This document shows positions 30,282 to 38,800 of a DNA stretch of 64,000 bases, piece after piece (position 1 is the first letter of the stretch; each line of letters begins with the position of its first letter). The notes beneath the pieces were generated by a model. That model was not told the origin of the DNA, searched no databases, and worked only from the letters and a program-made list of their open reading frames with translations. Made by a program: the position numbers and the translations under genes. Origin of the DNA: a virus; IMG/VR virus record IMGVR_UViG_3300027749_000100, positions 6,470 through 70,469 of that record, one strand, 5' to 3'.

Positions 30282-33200
30282 CTATCCCACTTCGGTAGTT
30301 TCAATGACTGCCACCCAGCGAATTCGCGTGCTTGCTAATCCAGTTACAGCAATTTGCAAAGATCCAAACATCGATGTTTCTGCAACAACAGTAAACGAAA
30401 CTTGCGAAAGCTGCGAATCAACAGCAACAGCAGTAACAGTAGGAGATCCAATAATGGTTGTTGTTCCATTTGTTGCTGTTTTTCTAATTGCTCCCGTAAT
30501 TTCCCAATTTCCGCCAAATGATCCATAGGTTGTAGTTGAATTTGTTCCTATTGTTCCAGAAGAAGCAACTAATTGAATAGTAAATCTGTACGTACTATTA
30601 TTAGGTAAAACAATATGGTTTGCTGAATCAAATGTTCCCGTTCCATCTGCGGTCATATTAACTGCAGACGCATTTGTTGTAGTTGCGCGAAGAACATGCA
30701 ACCCGAATTGCGCGTCGCCATTGGAAGCAAATCGCCCAGCAGAATAAGCAAATTTTCCGTACAATTGCGCATTACCATACAGTCCTCCCGGAATAGCAGA
30801 GTAATCTCCAGAAGCTGCATTGCCCGAACCTCCGCTGATAACCGAAACTGATCCGCTAGATACTTGCAAAGATGCATTACGTATTGTTTGCCAATCTACT
30901 GAATTTGTTCCTCTCTTGTTTCCTCCTGTTGATGAATTATCGGGAATGTTTCCAAGCAGCGATCCTGTTCCTTTTGGTCGTAAAACAAGATCAACATCAG
31001 TAGTTGATCCCGCTGCCGTCAAAGAATCCACATAAGTATAAGTATTAGGCGAAGATGTGCTTTCAGCAAAAGCAACCTGCGTGATTGATGTGCCTCCCGT
31101 TCCGTTTTCTGCAGCGATAATTCTTCCTTGCGCATCCACAGTAATATTTGCAGATGTGTAAGAACCTGCAGATACATCAGTGTTTGTCAAAGAAATAGTG
31201 ACTGCAGAAGAGCCATTGAAACTGGTTCCTGAAAGTCCGCTACCTATAGTTAGAGCATTGGTAGTTGTGACCCCAGCTCCCGGTGTTGACCAGAAAAGTT
31301 CACCCGACCCATTGGTGCTAAGCACCTGTCCGCTTGCTCCGTCAGAAGGCAATACATATGTAGTTGATCCCGCAATGGCAGGAGCGACAAGACTCACTGC
31401 TCCTGATGTTGATCCGGAAATACTTAGTGTTCCCTTGACATCGAGAATGTCTCTGAATGTTCCACTATTTGCCGCAAAATTATTGATACGATAGGTTTGT
31501 ACCGTAGTAGTGCCAAGACGATTCACCACAAAAGCAAACCTGCCAGTTGGGTCAACCGCAACACCATAAGGAGCTAACCCCGTTGCTGCCGTTCCGACCG
31601 AGGTCAATGCTCCGGTGGATTGATTGATGGTATAGGCCTGCACCGTGGAGCTACTATAATTCGTCACAAAAGCAAATCTGCCAGTTGGGTCAACCGCAAC
31701 ACCATTAGGAGCTGACCCCGTTGCTGCTGTTCCAATCGAGGTCAATGCTCCGGTAGATTGATTGATGGTGAAGGCTTGTACCGTAGTGCTACCATAATTC
31801 GTCACAAAAGCAAACCTGCCAGTTGGGTCAACCGCAACACCCTGAGGAGCTAACCCCGTTGCTGCCGTCCCTACCGAGGTCAATGCTCCGGTAGCTTGAT
31901 TAATGGTGTAGGACTGAACTCCTGTTGCGGCGCTACCATAATTCACCACAAAAGCAAATCTGCCAGTTGGGTCAACCGCAACACCACAAGGATTTGTCCC
32001 CGTTGCTGCTGTTCCAATCGAGGTTAATGCTCCGGTAGATTGATTGATCGTATAGGCTTGCACGGTATTGCTAATGCTAGAATAATTCGTCACAAAAGCA
32101 AATCTGCCAGTTGGATCAACCGCAACAGCATAGGGATAATTCCCCGTTGCTACCGCACCTACCGAAGTCAATGCTCCGGTAGATTGATTGATGGTATAGG
32201 CTTGTACGGTGGCGCTACTATAATTCGGGACAAAAACAAACCTGCCAGTGGGGTCAACCGCAACACCGTAGGGACCTGATCCCGTTGCTGCCGTGCCTAC
32301 CGAGGTCAATGCTCCGGTAGATTGATTGATTGTATAGGCTTGCACCGTGGCGCTACTACCATTTGTCACAAAAGCAAACCTGCCAGTTGGGTCAACCGCA
32401 ACACCAGAAGGAGCTGACCCCGTTGCTGCCGTCCCTACCGAGGTCAATGCCCCTGTTCCTCCGTGAAAAGTCGGTGGAGGAAGAAGATTATTACTCGTCA
32501 CCGCCCCATACGTAATCGACGATCCCGAGATGGGATTTCCGACAATATATTGAGTTGATCTCAATTGCCCTTGAATATCTGCTCCTGCTTGTATCGATTG
32601 TGTTCTTCCCGCTCCTACCACAAGAGGCGCGGCAAACGTCTGTGTGGCTGTCCATGCATGTGCAATTGCTAGCGCATCCGCCGCAGTAGTAATTCTTCCC
32701 TGTGCATCTACTGTAATACTTGCAACAGGGTATGAACCTGCTGTTACTGCAGTGTTTGCCAATGCAATTGTTACTGCAGCAGAACCATTGAAACTTGTTC
32801 CCGAAAGTCCCGTTCCAATGGTCAGCGCATTGGGAGTGTTAACACTAATGTCTCCCGATCCATTGAACGCAACACCGTTGATGTTTCGAGAAGTGGTAAG
32901 CGTTGCAGCACTTGTTGCCGTGGAAGCATTTCCGGAAAGTGCTCCATAAAACGTTGTCGCTTCCATGTCTCCAAGTGTGCCGGAATATACTTCAGAAACA
33001 TTTGTTCCGTCAGGGATAAATGCAAATCTTTGATTATTTCGCCGAAATCCAAAAAATCCTTTTTTTGCGGTAGAATTATACCACTGAAACTCAACACCTC
33101 TGTCTTTTGCATCATTGGAAATGAGTGTCGCGCCATCGACACCTCCGCCAAGGCTGATGATTGGATCCTTCAAAACTGTCGTTGTTGCATTAACTGTAAT

Positions 33201-33926
33201 TGTAGTTCCATTTACCGTAAAATTTCCACCAACAGTCACGTCGGCAAATGTTTGCGCAGCAGTCCAAGTATTTGAATTGCCTAAATTTAAGGTAATGGTG
33301 TTTGCTTCTGATCCATTAAACGTTCCAGTTGTTCCAGAAAGTCCTGATCCAATGGTGAGTGCATTTGGAACACCACTTCCGTTTGAAGCGGACGTAATCC
33401 TTCCTTGCGCATCGACAGTGATGTTTGCTGTAGAATACGAACCTGCTGTTACTGCAGTATTTGCCAATGCAATTGTTACTGCAGCAGAACCATTGAAACT
33501 TGTTCCCGAAAGTCCCGTTCCAATGGTTAGAGAATTTGTTGTGGTGCTTGTTGCGCTGCCGCTTGATGCAGCAGTGATTCGTCCTTGAGCATCGACAGTC
33601 AGGGCAGCATTCGTATAGGAACCCGGAGTAACTGCAGTGGAAGCAATTCCAATGGTTACATCTCCGGTGGCTGCATTGACAGAAATTCCCGTTCCAGCAG
33701 CAACTGAGGTGACCGGCTTCTTCCAAGTTCCGGGCGTTCCTCCCGCAATGCATATGTGAAGTACGCCTGAGCGATCAATGACAAAATCACCAACAGAAAA
33801 CGTTCCCGTCGTCGGGGCACCCGAAGCAGTTGCTCCCACATATCGAGACAGCTCTTTTGATCCGCTTAACCCTGTAGCGGTCAAAGTGGACGTTCCGGAA
33901 AATGAACTCAGTTTCGCTACTGGCAT
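30282..33926 (-). CDS. Fibre protein with shaft repeats, one 7-blade YVTN/lactonase-like beta-propeller and conserved ...TTEVG C-terminal domain
   Basis: Repeated GSY..ANITVDAQGRITAAS shaft motif; seven GVAVDPTGRFAFV blades. Confidence 0.85.
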   Translation of the reverse strand: MPVAKLSSFSGTSTLTATGLSGSKELSRYVGATASGAPTTGTFSVGDFVIDRSGVLHICIAGGTPGTWKKPVTSVAAGTGISVNAATGDVTIGIASTAVTPGSYTNAALTVDAQGRITAASSGSATSTTTNSLTIGTGLSGTSFNGSAAVTIALANTAVTAGSYSTANITVDAQGRITSASNGSGVPNALTIGSGLSGTTGTFNGSEANTITLNLGNSNTWTAAQTFADVTVGGNFTVNGTTITVNATTTVLKDPIISLGGGVDGATLISNDAKDRGVEFQWYNSTAKKGFFGFRRNNQRFAFIPDGTNVSEVYSGTLGDMEATTFYGALSGNASTATSAATLTTSRNINGVAFNGSGDISVNTPNALTIGTGLSGTSFNGSAAVTIALANTAVTAGSYPVASITVDAQGRITTAADALAIAHAWTATQTFAAPLVVGAGRTQSIQAGADIQGQLRSTQYIVGNPISGSSITYGAVTSNNLLPPPTFHGGTGALTSVGTAATGSAPSGVAVDPTGRFAFVTNGSSATVQAYTINQSTGALTSVGTAATGSGPYGVAVDPTGRFVFVPNYSSATVQAYTINQSTGALTSVGAVATGNYPYAVAVDPTGRFAFVTNYSSISNTVQAYTINQSTGALTSIGTAATGTNPCGVAVDPTGRFAFVVNYGSAATGVQSYTINQATGALTSVGTAATGLAPQGVAVDPTGRFAFVTNYGSTTVQAFTINQSTGALTSIGTAATGSAPNGVAVDPTGRFAFVTNYSSSTVQAYTINQSTGALTSVGTAATGLAPYGVAVDPTGRFAFVVNRLGTTTVQTYRINNFAANSGTFRDILDVKGTLSISGSTSGAVSLVAPAIAGSTTYVLPSDGASGQVLSTNGSGELFWSTPGAGVTTTNALTIGSGLSGTSFNGSSAVTISLTNTDVSAGSYTSANITVDAQGRIIAAENGTGGTSITQVAFAESTSSPNTYTYVDSLTAAGSTTDVDLVLRPKGTGSLLGNIPDNSSTGGNKRGTNSVDWQTIRNASLQVSSGSVSVISGGSGNAASGDYSAIPGGLYGNAQLYGKFAYSAGRFASNGDAQFGLHVLRATTTNASAVNMTADGTGTFDSANHIVLPNNSTYRFTIQLVASSGTIGTNSTTTYGSFGGNWEITGAIRKTATNGTTTIIGSPTVTAVAVDSQLSQVSFTVVAETSMFGSLQIAVTGLASTRIRWVAVIETTEVG
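31485..32450 (-). repeat. 7 x ~138-nt propeller-blade repeats (VAVDPTGRFAFV subtype)
   Basis: Seven blades counted in the translation; DNA framework near-identical between units. Confidence 0.92.
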
Positions 33927-34264
33927 TATGTAATCTCCACTCCAAACACACTAACAGCCAAAGTATTTGCACTGGCCGAAAAAAGCAAATATTTATTTGT
34001 CGCATCCAATGTCAATCCGACCGTGATGAACGATGTATCATTTGCGGACACTGTTCCATCATAGATGATGTATCCGTTGATATCTCCGGGATAGACATTG
34101 GCAGTGGAAACACAAAGGCGATACGTGACGTTGGATGATCCCGTGTTGCACACGGACATGGTGCTTACCACCGCAGCAGTTGTGGCACAGGTATACAATA
34201 CTTGCGCGGTCGCAGGTGTTGAATTGGAAATAATTGAATTCAATCTTTTATATACTTGCGCCAC
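33926..34264 (-). CDS. Small fibre-associated (adaptor-like) virion protein
   Basis: GTG start with GGGAGA RBS; LYTC....VVSTMSVCN...YIIYD..V.ANDT...VGLTL; similar size and pattern to 1558..1953; TAATG coupling to the next gene. Confidence 0.7.
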   Translation of the reverse strand: MAQVYKRLNSIISNSTPATAQVLYTCATTAAVVSTMSVCNTGSSNVTYRLCVSTANVYPGDINGYIIYDGTVSANDTSFITVGLTLDATNKYLLFSASANTLAVSVFGVEIT

Positions 34265-34346
34265 ATTATTTCTCCCTTGATATTTGACTTATTGTATCAA
34301 ATGATGCAGTATTGTTTTGCGTTGCTTTTTGTCGCGTACAAAGAGA

Positions 34347-34523
34347 TCAAGAGGGGCGTTGAATTTTCTTGCTTGCCCATTTTTCAATTTCCACGCTGGT
34401 GCCGACATACCAGCCGTCATCAAGTTGAACCATCCGGTGGTTTACCTCAATGTCGCTCACATCCTCATCGGTCAATGGGCCATAGATATACGGATCGTCA
34501 AATCGGTCAAAAATGGAAATCAT
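34347..34523 (-). CDS. Possible small acidic hypothetical protein
   Basis: GGAGGA precedes ATG (MISIFDRFDD...) and the ORF fills the gap between two genes. Confidence 0.45.
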   Translation of the reverse strand: MISIFDRFDDPYIYGPLTDEDVSDIEVNHRMVQLDDGWYVGTSVEIEKWASKKIQRPS

Positions 34524-34537
34524 GATGTCCTCCAGAC

Positions 34538-35755
34538 TTATCCCCAAAAGGATTTTGTTTCAAGCCAATAATATAATTTTGTAATAAAAGTATACGGTCT
34601 TATGGTGGCGTTTGCAATGGTTTTTATTGCGCCGCTAATTGGAGGGGAAATTGGTCGATAGGTACTGAGTGCGTCGAAATTGAAATTGCGAAATCCCACA
34701 CGAGTGTTTCGAGTGATGACAGGAAAATTGAATGCTTTTGATTGAGATGTTTGATAATAGACTATATTTGGATAATAAGAAAAAACAGTGCTCGAACCAG
34801 TATTTGCCACATACACAAATTTCCCTGTGGGATCACAGGCAACGCCTTGGGGATTAGTTCCCGTTGCCACCGCTCCCACCGAAGTCAATGCTCCGGTGAT
34901 TGCATTGATCGTGTAGGCCTGAACGGTGCTTGAAGTAAAATTCGCCACATACACAAATTTCCCCGTGGGATCACAGGCAACAATGTAGGGATTAGTTCCC
35001 GTTGCCGTTGTTCCCATCGAGGTCAATGCTCCGGTACTTGCATTGATCGTGTAGGCCGAAACGGTGTCTGAACTATAATTCGTCACATACACAAATTTCC
35101 CCGTGGGATCACAAGCAACGCCGTAGGGATTAGTTCCCGTTGCCGTTGTTCCCACCGAGGTCAATGCTCCGGTGATTGCATTGATCGTGTAGGCCTGAAC
35201 GGTGTTTGGATTAATATTCGCCACATACACAAATTTCCCCGTGGGATCACAGGCAACACCGTTGGGACCAGCCCCCGTTGCCGCTGTTCCCACCGAGGTC
35301 AATGCTCCGGTTACTTGATTGATCGTGTAGGCCTGAACGGTGTTTCCTCCGAGTCCATTGTAATTATTCGCCACATAGACAAATTTCCCCGAGGGATCAC
35401 AGGCAACACCCCAAGGAAATGCTCCCGTTGCGGTTGTTCCCACCGAGGTCAATGCTCCGGTACTTGCATTGATCGTGTAGGCTTGAACGGTGCTTGAACC
35501 AGCATTCGTCACATACACGAATTTCCCTGTGGGATCACAGGCGACAAAGTAGGGACTAGTTCCCGTTGCTGCCGTCCCGACCGAGGTCAATGCTCCGGTA
35601 CTTGCATTGATCGTGTAGGCCTGAACGGTACTTGAACTCAGATTCGTCACATACACAAATTTTCCTGTGGGATCACAGGCAACGCCGATGGGAATACTCC
35701 CGGTCATTGCTGTTCCCAAATTGCTGAAATTGTGTGAAAATACAATTCCTGCCAT
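34538..35755 (-). CDS. Single 7-blade beta-propeller protein with basic C-terminal tail
   Basis: Seven VACDP(T/S)GKFVYV blades; ends ...KSFWG. Confidence 0.85.
   Translation of the reverse strand: MAGIVFSHNFSNLGTAMTGSIPIGVACDPTGKFVYVTNLSSSTVQAYTINASTGALTSVGTAATGTSPYFVACDPTGKFVYVTNAGSSTVQAYTINASTGALTSVGTTATGAFPWGVACDPSGKFVYVANNYNGLGGNTVQAYTINQVTGALTSVGTAATGAGPNGVACDPTGKFVYVANINPNTVQAYTINAITGALTSVGTTATGTNPYGVACDPTGKFVYVTNYSSDTVSAYTINASTGALTSMGTTATGTNPYIVACDPTGKFVYVANFTSSTVQAYTINAITGALTSVGAVATGTNPQGVACDPTGKFVYVANTGSSTVFSYYPNIVYYQTSQSKAFNFPVITRNTRVGFRNFNFDALSTYRPISPPISGAIKTIANATIRPYTFITKLYYWLETKSFWG
34775..35720 (-). repeat. 7 x ~138-nt propeller-blade repeats (VACDPTGKFVYV subtype)
   Basis: Seven blades counted; boundaries approximate. 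Confidence 0.9.
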
Positions 35756-35801
35756 ACTTACACTTCAGCAGACATATTTTTTGGCGCAAAAAAATTATGC
35801 A

Positions 35802-38800
35802 TCATGTTCCCCAATACGTCACATTTCTTGGAAGCATGGTTGTTATTTTTTTATTTACTTGATAGGGGGTAATACGGGAAGTATTTATTTTTGTGTCCGG
35901 ATTTATTGATGGCTGAGAAACCTGATAGTCAAATTGCGTCAAGGCCAATCCGGCATATCCTGAAGTCGCTGCCGCCAAATATCTATTTCTGTTTGAAATA
36001 GTTGCTAATTGCAAAGTAGAATCGGAAGAATATGTATTAATATATGTCAATGCACCGGTTGATTGATTGATAGAATATACTTCTATTGCAGATCCATTAT
36101 TGTAATAAAAAACTTCCGAACGTGAATCAACTGCAGAATAATATGTAAAGCCTGTTGATCCATAATTTCCAACAAGTGTCAACGCCCCAGTTGACTGGTT
36201 GATAGAGTATGAAAATATGGAAGATGGTAAAGCAGGGCCAATAAAACAGGCGTATAAAAATCTATTGTATGTATCAACTACTAAATCAACACATTGCTCA
36301 GTAGAGGCAGGAGATATTGCCGATCCAACTGCAGTCAAAACTCCTGTTGTTTGATTTATGGAATATGCTTGCAATATTCCCGCAATGCCGTTATTACTTC
36401 CTCCAACATACAGGAATTTTCCTGTGTTATCGCTTTTTGTAACATATGGCCGTGTCATTGTTGCAGGAAGAGTGGTTGTACCTAAAAACGTAAACCCTAT
36501 ATAAATTGTGTACGTTTGAACAGTGTTATCACCATAATTCACCACATAGACAAATTTTCCCGTGGGATCGCAAGCAACGTGGTAGGAAGATGTCCCCGCT
36601 GTCGCTGTTCCCACCGAGGTCAATGCTCCGGTACTTGCATTGATCGTGTAAGCTTGAACGGTATTTGAGGCCACATTCGCCACATACACAAATTTCCCTG
36701 TGGGATCACAGGCAACGCCGTAGGGACAAGTTCCTGTTGCCGCTGTTCCCACCGAGGTCAATGCTCCGGTGATTGCATTGATCGTGTAGGCCTGAACGGT
36801 GTATGGACCAAAATTCGCCACATACACAAATTTCCCCGTGGGATCACAGGCAACGCCTTGGGGATTATTTCCCGTTGCCACCGCTCCCACCGAAGTCAAT
36901 GCTCCGGTGATTGCATTGATCGTGTAAGCTTGAACGGTGTTGTCAATAGCATTCGTCACATAGACAAATTTTCCCGTGGGATCACAGGCAACGCTTTGGG
37001 GACCACTTCCCGTTGCCGCTGTTCCCACCGAGGTCAATGCTCCGGTACTTGCATTGATCGTGTAGGCTTGAACGGTGTTTCCGCCCACTCCATTGAAAGC
37101 ATTCACCACAAACACGAACTTTCCCGTGGGATCACAAGCAACGGCGTAGGGAGTTGTCCCCGTTGCTACCGCTCCCACCGAGGTTAATGCTCCGGTACTT
37201 GCATTGATCGTGTAGGCTTGCACGGTGTTTGAACCAAGATTCACCACATAGACAAACTTTCCCGTGGGATCACAAGCAACGCCGTAGGGATTTGTCCCCG
37301 TTGCTGCCGTTCCCACCGAAGTCAATGCTCCGGTAGTTGCATTGATTGTGTAGGCTTGAACGGTATTTGTACCAGTATTCGTCACATACACAAACTTTCC
37401 CGTGGGATCGCAGGCAATGAAGTAAGGAGCAGTCCCCGTCCCCGTCGCCACCGTTCCCATAGAGTTCAATGCTCCAGTATCGTCTTTTACATCAAACCTT
37501 TTTAATTGATTTACGTCACTTTCTAGAGCATAAAAAAATCTTCCATATGATTCAAAAGTTATACTTGCCTTACTACTAGCGGCTGTAGTAATTGTGTAGG
37601 CTTGAACGGTGGCTGAACTCTGATTCGCCACATACACAAATCTGCCGGTTGGATCAGACGCAACACCCCAAGGATTTGATCCCGTTGCCGCTGATCCCAT
37701 CAAAGTCAATGCTCCGGTACTTGCATTGATCGTGTAGGCTCGAACGGTACCTGAAGTATAATTCGTCACATAGACTTTCCCCGTGGAGTCACAAGCAACG
37801 GCGAAGGGATTAGTTCCCGTTGCCACCGCTCCCACCGAAGTCAATGCTCCGGTACTTGCATTGATCGTGTAGGCTTGAACCGTGTTGTCACCAGAATGCG
37901 CCACATAGACAAACTTCCCCGTAGGATCACAGGCAACGCTTTGGGGACCACTTCCCGTTGCCGCTGTTCCCACCGAGGTCAATGCTCCGGTAGTTTGATT
38001 GATTGTGTAGGCCTGAACGGTGCCCGATGCACCGATAGAATTCGTCACATACACAAATTTCCCTGTGGGATCACAGGCAACACCGTAGGGGCCAGCTCCC
38101 GTTGCCGCTGTTCCCACCGAGGTCAATGCTCCGGTACTTGCATTGATCGTGTAGGCTTGAACGGTCCATGGAGTATAATTCGCCACATACACAAATTTCC
38201 CCGTGGGATCACAGGCAACGCCTTGGGGATTATTTCCCGTTGCTGCCGTCCCGACCGAGGTCAATGCTCCGGTACTTGCATTGATTGTGTAGGCTTGAAC
38301 GGTGGCTGAACCAGTATTCGTCACGTACACGAATTTTCCCGTGGGATCACAGGCAACGCCTTGAGGACTTGTCCCCGTTGTCACCGCCCCCACCGAGGTT
38401 AATGCTCCGGTAGTTGCATTGATCGTGTAGGCATGAACGATACTTGAACCCTGATTCGTCACATAGACAAATTTCCCCGTGGGGTCACAGGCAACGCCGG
38501 TGGGATAAGTTTCCGTTGCCGCTGTGCCCACCGAGGTCAATGCTTCAGACAATAACGACGCAGATAGCACTCTTTGCCTTTCAATAAATTCGCCAGTGGT
38601 TATGCTGTAAGAAAATCTAATCCAATAAAAACCAGTCTCTGACTGTAATTTGACAAAAAGTTCATTTTTTTGCGGATGAAACACAGCGCTATATATGGTA
38701 TTGCCGCTAGAAACTGTATGTTCTCCTAGTTTTATTAAATAATCATTATTTATTTTGTATAATACGCCTTTGTCCGCGCCTCCAACATACATTAAAGTCC